Shown here piece after piece: positions 26,959-36,964 of a DNA stretch of 64,000 nt. The position numbers and the translations under genes are program-made. Every line of letters starts with the position of its first letter. Positions within the stretch are counted from its first letter, which is position 1. The notes under the pieces were generated by a model that saw only the letters and a program-made list of their open reading frames with translations, searched no databases and had not been told where the DNA came from. This stretch comes from the human T2T-CHM13v2.0 reference genome, Homo sapiens. Where the stretch lies: the NCBI RefSeq assembly GCF_009914755.1, contig NC_060938.1; one strand, given 5' to 3'.

Positions 26959-29900
26959 TGAAATGGTTTGGCTGTGTCCCCACCCAAATTTCATGAATTC
27001 CCACATGTTGTGGGAGGGATCTAGTGAGAGGTAATTGAATCATGGGGGCAGGTCTTTCCTGTGCTATTCTTGTGACAGTGAATAAGCATCACAAGATCTG
27101 ATGATTATATAAAGGGGAATTTTCCTGTACAAGCTCTCTTCTTTTGTCTGCCACCATGTAAGATGTACCTTTCCCCTTCCACCATGCTCATGAGGCTTCC
27201 CCAGCTACATGGAACTGTAAGTCCATTAAACCTCTTTTACTTCCCAGTCTCAGGTATATTTTTTATCAGCAGTGTGAAAACTAACTAACACAGTAAATTG
27301 GTACCAGGAGTGGGTTGTTGCTGAAAAAGATACTAAAAACTGTGGAAGTGACTTTGGAACTGGGTAACAGGCAGAGGATGGAACAGTTCGGAGGGCTCAG
27401 AAAAAGAAAAATGTGGGAAAGTTTAGAACCTCCTAGAGGCTTGTTGAATGGCTTTGACAAAAATGCTGATAGTGATGTAAACAATAAGGTCTAGGCTGAG
27501 GTCGTCTCATATGGAGATGAGGAACTTGTTGGAAACTGGAGCAAAGGTGACACTTGTTATGTTTTAGCAAAGAGACTGGCAGCATTTTGTCTCTTTCCTA
27601 GAGATTTGTGGAAATTTGAACTTGAGAGAGATGATTTAGGGTATCTAGTGGAAGAAATTTCTAAGCAGCAAAGCATTCAAGGAGTGGCTTGGGTGCTGTT
27701 AAAAGCATTCAGTTTTATAAGGGAAGCAGATCATAAAGGCTCAGAAAATTTGCAGCCTGACAATGTGATAGAAAAGAAAATTCCATTTTCTGAGGAGAAA
27801 TTCAAGCTAGCTACAGAAATTTGCATAAGTAATGAGGAGCCAAATGTTAATCACCAAGACAATGGAGAAAATGTCTCCAGGACATGTCAGAGGTCTTCAC
27901 AGAAGCCCTTCCCATCATAGGCCAAGAGGCTTATGAGGAACAAATGGTTTTGTGGGCCAGGCCCAGGGTTGTTGTGCTGTGTGCAGTCTACGGACTTGGT
28001 GCCCTGTGTCCCAGCTGCTCCAGATGTGACTAAAAGAGACCAAGGTACAGCTTGGGCCATGGCTTCAGAGAGTACAAGCCCCAAGCCTTGGCAGCTTCCA
28101 TGTGGTGTTGAGCCTGTGGGTGCACAGGCATCAAGAATAGAGGTTTGAGAACCTCCACCTAGATTTCAGAGGATGTATAGAAACACCTAGATGTCCAGGC
28201 AGAAGTTTGCTGCAGGAGCAGGGCTCTCATAGAGATCCCCTGCTAGGGCAGTGTGCAAGAGAAATGTGGGGTTGGGGCCCCCACACAGAGTTCCTACTGG
28301 GGCTCTGCCTAGTGGAGCTGTGAGAAGAGGGCTACCATCCTTTAGACCCTAGAATGGTAGATCCACTGACAATTTTTACCGTGCACCTGGAAAATCCAGA
28401 CACCCAATGCCAGCCCATGAGAGCAGTTGGGAGAGAGGCTGTACACTGCAAAGCCACAGGTGGGGAGCTGCCCAAGACCATGTGAACCCACCTCTTGCGT
28501 CAGTGTGACCTTGATGTGAGACATGGAGTCAAAGGAGATCATTTTGTAGAATTAAGATTTTACTTCGCCTCTGGATTTCAGACTTGCATGGGGCCTGTAG
28601 CCCCTTTGTCTTGGCCAGTGTCTCCAATTTGGAATGGCTGTATTTACCCATACCTGAACCCCCATCGTATCTAGGAAGTAACTAACTTGCTTTTGATTTT
28701 ATAGGCTTATAGGCAGAAGGGACTTGCCTTGTCTCAGATGAGATTTTGGACTGCAGACTTTTGAGTTAATGTTAAAATGAGTTAATGTTGCGGGAAGTCA
28801 GGGACCCCGAACGGAGGGACTGTCTGGAACTGTGGCAGAGAAACATAAATTGTGAAGATTTCATGGACATTTATCAGTTCCCAAAATTAATACTTTTATA
28901 ATTTCTTATGCCTGTCTTTACTGCAATCTCTGAACATAAATTGTGAAGATTTCATGGACATTTATCACTTCCCTAATTATACTCTTATAATTTCTTATGC
29001 CTGTCTTTACTGCAATCTCTGAACATAAATTGTGAAGATTTCATGGACATTTATCACTTCCCTAATTATACTCTTATAATTTCTTATGCCTGTCTTTACT
29101 TTAATCTCTTAATCCCATTATCTTTGTAAACTGAGAATGTACGTCACCTCAGGACCACTGTTGTACAAATTGATTGTAAAACGTGTGTTTGAACAACATG
29201 AAATCAGTGCACCTTGAAAAAGAACAGAATAACAGCGATTTTCAGGGAACAAGGGAAGATAACCATAAGGTCTGACTGCCTGCAGGGTCAGGCAGAATAG
29301 AGCCACATTTTTCTTCTTGCAGAGCTCTTATAAATGGACGTGCAAGTAAGAGAGATATTGCTGAATTCTTTTCCCAGCAAGGAATACCCTGGAGAAGGAA
29401 TACATTCTTGGGAGGAGGTCTATAAACAGCCACCCTGGGAGTGTCTGTCTTATGCAGTTGAGATAAGAACTGAAATACACCCTGGTCTCCTGCAGTACCC
29501 TCTGGCTTACTAGGATTGGGAAATTCCAGCCTGGTAAATTTGGTCATACTGGTTCTCTGCTCTTGAACCCTGTTTTCCGTTAAGATGTTTATCAAGACAA
29601 TATGTGCACAGCAGGACATAGACCCTCATCAGTAATTCTAATTTTGCATTTGCCTTGTGATCTTTATTGCCCTTTGAAGCATGTGATCTTTGTGACCTAC
29701 TCCCTGTTCGTACACTGCCTCCCCTTTTAAAATCCCTAATAAAAACTTGCTGGTTTTGTGGCTCAGGGGACATCACGGACCTACCGATATGTGATGTTAC
29801 CCCTGGAGGCCCAGCTGTAAAATTTCTCTCTTTGTACTCTTTCTTTATATTTCTCAGACCGGCCAACACTTAGGGAAAATGGAAAGAACCTACGATGAAA

Positions 29901-30344
29901 TACTGGGGGCTGCTTCCCCCAATAAGTTAACACTTTGGGGACTGTTAGGAAGGTATGATTGGTTTTGAAATGTGAAGACATGAGGTTTGGGAGGGGCCAG
30001 GAGTGGGATGATATAGTTTGACTGTGTCCCCACCCAAATGTCACCTTTAATTCCTATGTGTTGTGTGAGGGACCTAGTGGGAGGTAATTGAATCATGGCG
30101 GCAGGTCTCTCCTATGCTGTTCTTGTGATAGTGAATAAGTTTCATGAGATCTGATGATTATATAAGGGCCAGTTTCCCTGCACAAGCTCTCTTCTCTTGT
30201 CTGCCGCCACGTGAGACATGGCTTTCACCTTCCACCATGATTGTGAGACTTCCCCAGCCACATGGAACTGTAAATCCATTAAACCATTTTTTCTTCTTAG
30301 TCTCTTATGTGTCTTTACCAGCAGTGTGAATACAGACTAATACA
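26959..30344 (+). mobile_element. Complete THE1 (THE1A/B) MaLR provirus: 5' LTR 26959-27292, internal 27293-30008 (split by MER11), 3' LTR 30009-30344
   Basis: Both LTRs start tg..at.gtttg.ctgtgtccccacccaaat and end ctaa(c/t)aca; internal starts gtaaattggtacca; perfect 5-bp TSD ATAGC at 26954-26958 and 30345-30349; MaLR ORF remnant 27606..27920. Confidence 0.96.
28786..29924 (+). mobile_element. MER11 (B/C-like) solo LTR of HERV-K HML-8
   Basis: Starts tgttgcgggaagtcagggaccccgaacggagggac and ends ttcccccaata; TATA-like tataaa near 29421; aataaa near 29738; perfect 6-bp TSD AGTTAA at 28780-28785 and 29925-29930. Confidence 0.95.
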
Positions 30345-30349
30345 ATAGC

Positions 30350-30510
30350 TAGGGAACCACAGAAAGCATCCTTAATCTGGTGGCAACTAATTTTCATCCT
30401 CTGTAAACTGGATATAGTAACTCACCCTCAAGATCATTGGGAGAACTGACATAATGCATAAAGCCAATTGACATCTAGTAGACACTAAAATCATGTCTAT
30501 GATTATTATT
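30350..30510 (+). mobile_element. MIR fragment (probable host of the THE1 insertion)
   Basis: ttttcatcctctgtaaactggatatagtaactcaccctcaagatcattgggagaactga. Confidence 0.55.
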
Positions 30511-31199
30511 TTATAATTCATGTAAATGTCTGAGCATCAAATCAGTACATTCATGAAACCCTGGATGCATTCCCTATTTTCATAAAGCTTTTATATGAGA
30601 AACTATCTGCTGACTAGGTGAAAGAAGATCCTATGTTTTAATAAACATGAAAATGAGTAACATGATTCTTTTCCCCTAATGTGAAATACAGTAGTACCTA
30701 GATTCGCCATATTAGAGAAAGACATTATGGCTATGGAAAATTGTAACATGCCATCTTGAGGCAAATTTATGTTGTATGTATAATTACATTTGAAAACATA
30801 ACTTACTTGGTGTCAGATTCATATGAAAGACCAAGGAATCAAAGGCTCCCACAATCCACTGTGGGATTGTGGCCACCTATGCTGGACTTGCGAAGGAACT
30901 GGGGAAAAAAAACAGTTGTGTGACATGTTGATGGCCACTACTTTTAGCCTATAGGTGCTAGAGTCAGAGAAAATAGCAGGAAATTAAAAAGATAATACTT
31001 TGGAAAGAGACGTACTGTGGGTGCTTCCCCTCCTTTGTGGCAGAGTGGTGGGCAACATGAATCCTATTTCATATCTAATAAAAAGGGCTTCAAAGCAACC
31101 ACGTAAATAACTATAAATGTTGTCTACAGTTGTAGGTGCAGATACCTAAGGAAAATAATGCCCTAAGTCTTCCTTTACGACCTACACATCTGGAGTGAG

Positions 31200-31538
31200 A
31201 GGGTGTAAGAATGCTTTCTATGGACCAGATGTGGATCATTTGTGCAAGAACCAGCCTAGGCATGTCTTGGATTCTATCCAAGAAGGTTGCCTGTGGGTAA
31301 AGAAAAGCTCATAAAACAACTGCAGCCATCTTCCTCCTGCTGTAAGGATGAAGTCAACCAACAGAGGAAGGTAGAACCAACAGAATGACCAAAGAGTGGA
31401 GCTGAGAAATAACACACCAATTCCACAGTCTGCTCAACCTTTGGTCTTCTGGTTATATAAGATAAATATTATTATTACTTAAGCCACTTTTTGTTAAGGA
31501 TTTTGTTTCTTGTAGCCATAAGCATCAGAGTCACTACA
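31200..31538 (+). mobile_element. Old MaLR LTR (MLT1J/K/L-like)
   Basis: gcagccatcttcc...aggatgaagtcaac...acttaagccactttttgttaaggattttgtttcttgtagcc. Confidence 0.5.
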
Positions 31539-31639
31539 CTTTCTAATCTATGGGGTTGGTGGGATATTTAGTGGAAACACATGAAAGCCACTAGTAAAAT
31601 ATCTTTGAACGTAGTTGGCAGCCAATAGACAAATACTAG

Positions 31640-32277
31640 GTGTTTTCTTACTGAAGTTTTTGTTAGCTAAGCTGCAATTATATTTTTCAAAATGCCTTCC
31701 CCAGGCGACTTTGTATTAGACATGGCCACAAGAGAAGTTTCTGTGAGATTTGGAAGTTAGAAGTGAAAGTCAGCCCTCTAGCTGGTCTGGATTGATAACT
31801 CTGACCCAAAAGCTCATGCTGTTGGCATGAGGCAGTGTCCTGACTTCTAGCTCCTCCAACTTGCACTGGACCTTCTAAAATTGGGTTAAGTTTTTGCCGA
31901 AGCACCTGTGTTGATCTGTGGAAAAAGACACCATATACCCTGAAGGTTACCTGTATCAACAGGTTTGGGAGAGAGACAGATACAGGTTTCAATTTGAGAC
32001 AGATGCAGGTTTCAATTTTTTTTTTATGTTCCAGCTCATCAACAAAGATGTCAGTTTTCCCTTATTCTAGCCCACTTCAGTCCCACTTTCCTTTGCAGAT
32101 GCTGACCTGGCTGGTCTATATCAACTTGAAGCCCAACAGTAGATATAGGGGGAAACAAGCACACATAGATCTCCTCAACAGCTCCCATGATTATGTAAGG
32201 TCTAATTGCTGTAACAAATTTCTTATTCTGTATAACTCATAGGACTCTGCTTCTCTGATTGAAACCTGAATGATACA
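31640..32277 (+). mobile_element. ERVL solo LTR (LTR40/LTR41-like)
   Basis: gtgagatttggaagttagaagtga near the 5' end; terminus ctcataggactctgcttctctgattgaaacctgaatgataca; internal 23-bp tandem duplication at 31973-32018. Confidence 0.6.
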
Positions 32278-32498
32278 TGAGCACTTGCTGACACTAGCCT
32301 GGGAGAAGCCAGAGTGCAACCTCTGTCTCAAATAATGTCTTCACATATATCTTCAGCTGAAAATAATCTCTTCCTTCTCTGAAAACTTACAGTTTCATAT
32401 AATATTTAACATAGTATAATGTTCATTATATGCTTTTGCTTACAATTTTATCTTCTTTAATATATTTCAATTTATTTTTATCCTTTTTTTTTAATTGA

Positions 32499-32781
32499 CA
32501 ATGAACAGAAATTTATTGGCTCACAATTCTGAAGGCTGGGAAGTCCATGATTGGAGGCCCGCATCTCATGAAAGCTTTCATGAGGGCAAAAGAAAGCAAG
32601 AAAGGGCCAAATTCACCCTTTAATAATGGCATAAATTCCACCCATGAGGGCAGAGACCTGGCGATCTAATCACCTCTTAAAAATCCCACCTCTTCGTACT
32701 GTTACAACGTACATTACTTAGTATGTTACAACTCAAATTTCAACATGAATTTTGGAGAGGATAAATATTCAATCCATAGCA
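32499..32781 (-). mobile_element. MSTC/MSTD-like MaLR LTR, truncated on the left
   Basis: aacagaaatttattggctcacaattctgaaggctgggaagtcca...tttcaacatgaattttggagagg...ccatagca. Confidence 0.8.
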
Positions 32782-32882
32782 AAACATATCTTTTTTAAGG
32801 GAAAAATGTGTGCTGTACGTAGAAAATTTTGACCATCGAAATTTGTATTATCTGCCTAATTGATGGAGAAAATATTTTTCTC

Positions 32883-33267
32883 TAAGAAAATGTGGCACAT
32901 ATACACCATGGAATACTATGCAGCCATAAAAAATGATGAGTTCACGTCCTTTGTAGGGACATGGAAGAAGCTGGAAACCATCATTCTCAGCAAACTATCG
33001 CAAGGACAAAAAACCAAACACTGCATGTTCTCACTCATAGGTGGGAATTGAACAATGAGAACACTTGGACACGGGAAAGGGAACATCACACACCGGGGCC
33101 TGTTATGGGGTCGGGGGAGGGATAGCATTAGGAGATATACCTAGTGTAAATGATGAGTTAATGGGTGCAGCACACCAACATGGCACATGTATACATATGT
33201 AACAAACCTGCACGTTGTGCACGTGTACCCTAGAATTTACGTATAATAAAAAAAATACTAAAAAAAA
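32883..33267 (+). mobile_element. L1PA4-like 5'-truncated LINE
   Basis: ORF2 C-terminus (ORF 32860..33051: WHIYTMEYYAAIK...HCMFSLIGGN); ctatcgcaaggacaaaaaacc, gtaaatgatgagttaatgggtgcagcacaccaacatggc; polyA. Confidence 0.93.
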
Positions 33268-33314
33268 TTTCATCCTTTTCTTCCTCTCCCTCTTTTATAT
33301 CAAAACTGTTAATA

Positions 33315-33460
33315 AGAATACAGCTAGTATTTATTTACTGGCTACCAAATGTGTTCAATGATATTTTGCTAATGGCATTTTGTACATTTCTAATCATTCT
33401 CCCACCAACCCTATAGATTAGATAATGTAGTAATTCTGATGACCAAATAGTTAGGTTTCC
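33315..33460 (-). mobile_element. MIR fragment
   Basis: cagctagtatttatttactggctaccaaatgtg...ttctcccaccaaccctataga. Confidence 0.45.
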
Positions 33461-33624
33461 CTTTAAAAAAATAATCAGTTGGGCTGGCATTCACACATGA
33501 CAGCAGCTGACTAGAGCATGTAGCAGCAGCCCCCTTAGGTGTTTCTGTGCTCTCCTATTTACCCCGGCCCCATTATTTTCTATTAGCATCCATCACCAAG
33601 GCAATGTTGGTTATCACTTACCAT

Positions 33625-33949
33625 CACTATGGACTGAATATTTGTATACCCCACAACCCATATGCTGAATCCTTAATCTTCAAAGTAATGGTATTTGGAG
33701 GCAGAGACCTTGGGAAATAATTAGGTTTAGACTGGGTCATGAAAGTAGAGCCCCCATGATGAAACTCTCTCTCATGAGGACACAGCAAGAAGGTGGCCAC
33801 CTACAAGCCAGGAAGAGGGCCCTCACCAGAACTTGACCATGCTGTCACTATGATCTTGGACTTCCTAGCCTCCAGAACTGTGAGAAATAAATTTATATTA
33901 TTTATCCTACTCATCTGTGGCATTTGTAGTAGCATCTCAAGCTATGACA
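33625..33949 (+). mobile_element. MLT1A0-like MaLR solo LTR
   Basis: ctatggactgaata...aggacacagcaagaaggtggcc...gcctccagaactgtgagaaataaattt; TSD accat/aacat. Confidence 0.88.
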
Positions 33950-34199
33950 AACATCAAACTTTTTTTATGTCTTTTACTCATGAAGCCTGGATTTTGAAGG
34001 CTTTTGCATTCAGGACCCCATATTCCAAAAGCAGCTTTGTACTGAGTGTCTGTGATGGGTTTGTGGTTGACAGGGAAAGTGATAGATGTTTCAGGAAGAT
34101 TGTTAAAGCAAATATTACAAAACTCATGAGCAGTCTTAGACTCGGTGAAGTTTGAAGTGCAATGGAGAGTTTGGCCAGATAACAGTAATTAGAAAGGGT

Positions 34200-34370
34200 T
34201 TTGGGGCCAGATGTTAAACTGGTCTCAAATGCCAGTTTTATTTAGTAGACATCAGGAAACAATTGAAGCATTTTAAGGAGGTGAGAGAAATGACCAGGGC
34301 TATGGTATAGGAAAATCAATCTAGAAGTTGTATAATAGCGAATTAGATGGGAGCAGAGACAGAAATGAGA
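34200..34370 (-). mobile_element. L2 fragment
   Basis: ggggccagatg...attgaagcattttaaggaggtgagagaaatgaccagg...aggaaaatcaatctag. Confidence 0.55.
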
Positions 34371-35718
34371 CGTACTTATGATGCAGCAACATTTTTACTT
34401 TCTTAACCAGTTTTTGGAGGAAGACTTATCTGTTTATTCTTATGGCCATTGGACCATTGTCTTTGTCTGGTTTTAAAATGTCACAGAATTTGAAGCTCTA
34501 GATTTATTTATTGCTGAGGTTGACAGATAAAACTTCAAGTTTTCCTTTGTTTTAGGGAAACATATTCAAGCTGGTATTTCAGATTATATACAAACTCCCC
34601 AGGCAGTTTGGTTGCCAAGACTGTTCTGGAAATCTTGCAAGCACTGTTCTGTGGCATTTTAGCACTGCTGATTTCAATATTAGCTGAAAACTATAAAAGT
34701 AGTATTTCATTTCTTCTGCTATATAAGAAGCCCTTAAAACTTCATATTTGAAAGAGGGCACATATAGAGATAGTATTACATTCATATGCCCAGTAAGGGA
34801 CCAGACTGACACACAGCGAAAATTATCAGTTGGAGGATACCAAAGAAATCATAACATTATATTTTAACTAAAGAATTATGAGGTCTTAGCTACATCCTAG
34901 AAATGACTGATTAAAAAGAAAAGTATTTACACTATTGAACTAGGAAGACACCTTAATCCCTTCCTGAGCAAATCTGTGGTTTCTCTGTATAATAAATGGA
35001 GTTTCTGTCTTTCCCCTGCCCCCAAGTTACAGTGAACCAAAAGGATAATTATCCATTGGTTACATTTCAGGTAACAGAATGAGAATCAGAGAACTAAAAA
35101 GCAACACTGGTGACTGTCTATCATCAAAATGCCAAATGAATTCAAAATACCCAACTGCTTGAAATAGAAATAAGTAAATAAACAAAAAAATGTTGAATCA
35201 CATTACATATTACTGTAGTCTTATGTTCTTTTGGGTAGGAAAGCTTGAGTGACGATTGAGCAAAGTCACCCATCTGTCTTCTAATCTAGTATAGAAATCA
35301 TGTCATCCTTCTACTGTACATGTATCTGGTTTGATTCCATTTAGAGAACTTTAGTGTTAAGTAACAAAACTATAGTTAAAAGGTTAATAGATGCAATTAC
35401 ATCTAGAACTGCTTTGGTGTTCAAAATAAAAGAAGGGATCATGTTAAAATAGGCTGTCTCCCTAGAGGCCCTCTGGACTGGAGTCTCTGTTTTCATCTTT
35501 GGCATTTTCAAGGCCCTGTTCCATTTTGGAGAATAGTACCTGCTAGACTTAATCTCCGTAAAGAAAGAAAAAAGAAAGCTATTTGAAGTCAAGCAGAGGC
35601 CTTATCCTAAAACCAAATGCCAACTTTCTATTTTTTACTTTTGTATAAGCCAACCTACCAGTGCAAAATTATATTCTGCAGCTTCCATCTTAAATCTATT
35701 TGCACTTTTCTATACTCC

Positions 35719-36077
35719 TGTCTTAGTCTATCTTTTGTTGTTATAGTAGAATACCACAGACTGGATAATTTATAAAGAAAAGCAGTGTATTTGGTCATAA
35801 TTCTGAAGACTGAGAAGTCTAAGAGCATTGTGCCAGCATCTGGCAAAGTTAGTCCCATGGTGGATATTCAGAAAGGAAAGAAAGCAAGTGCTAGAGAGAG
35901 CTAGCTCTTATAAGAAAGCCAATCCTGTGATAATTAATCCACTTCCATGATAACAGCATTAATTTATTCATGTGTTTGTAATCCTTGTAACTTATCCACC
36001 TTCCAAGGTCCCCGCCTCACAACAGTGTTACTTTGGGGGCCAAGTTTCCAACAGATGCTCTTTTGGAAACCATAGCA
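35719..36077 (-). mobile_element. MSTC-like MaLR solo LTR
   Basis: tgtcttagtcta...agaataccacagactggataatttataaagaaaag...aagtttccaacagatg...aaaccatagca. Confidence 0.85.
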
Positions 36078-36132
36078 CATCCTATCAGGTTTGAACCACA
36101 AATCCCGGCCAATCAGTAGTTCATAATTACAT

Positions 36133-36541
36133 TACATTAGTCAGCTCAGGGTGCCATAACAAAATGCCACAAGCTTCATGAATTACATAAGAGATATTTA
36201 TTGTCTCACAGTTCTGGAGTCTGGAAAATTCAAGATCAAGTTGCCAGCTGGTTTGGTTCCTGGTGAAGTTCCTCTTCAAAGGAAGAGGAACTTCCTTTGA
36301 AGTCTTAGCTACATCCTAGGCTCAAAGCCAGCTGCCTTTTCTGTTTCTTCATATTGTGGAGGAAGCTCTGGTTTCTCTTCGTCTTCTCAGAAAGACACCA
36401 AACCTACTGGATTCAGGTGCCACACTTAAGACATTATTTAACCTTGCCACATAAAAGCCCTGTCTCCAAACACAGTTACATTGTGGGTTAGGGCTTCAAC
36501 AAATGAATTTTGGGTGAACAAATTCAGTCCAAAAAATAGCA
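36133..36541 (-). mobile_element. MLT1A/B-like MaLR solo LTR
   Basis: gtgccataacaaaatgccaca...ctcacagttctggag...ccctgtctccaaacacagttacattgtgggttagggcttcaacaaatgaattttggg. Confidence 0.85.
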
Positions 36542-36549
36542 CACAGGAA

Positions 36550-36690
36550 ACTAGTTAACATCTAAGCCTCAGTGTCCTCATGTTGAACATCAAGAAAATG
36601 CTGTCTTCTTCAAATGATTGTTTTCCAGAACATATGAGATAGTGCATTTTAAAAATACAGTATCTGCACAAAATATCCAAGTGTTTTCCT
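36550..36690 (+). mobile_element. MIR fragment
   Basis: gttaacatctaagcctcagtgtcctcatg...atgagatagtgcatttt. Confidence 0.5.
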
Positions 36691-36964
36691 ACATCAAACC
36701 ATCTGCTTAGATGTTCATGCTATTCTTGGACCTGTACTTTGCCCCCAACCCTGCTTACACCACCCTACTGAGTTTGCAACTTTGGCCAGCATCTCTAGAC
36801 CCATAACTGCCAGGTTCAGACCTCTGAATGCCTACCCAAGTTCTCAGCACAAGCTAAGGACCTGAAATTCTTTACCTGTATATTGGTTTTCAGTTATCCC
36901 CTCAAAGATCCCAGTATTATGTACAAAATATAGATATAGATAAATTAGATAAATATAAAACAAA

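Noticed and set aside
27606-28148. THE1 internal ORFs as a gene
   Set aside because: Short interrupted remnants of the MaLR internal ORF.
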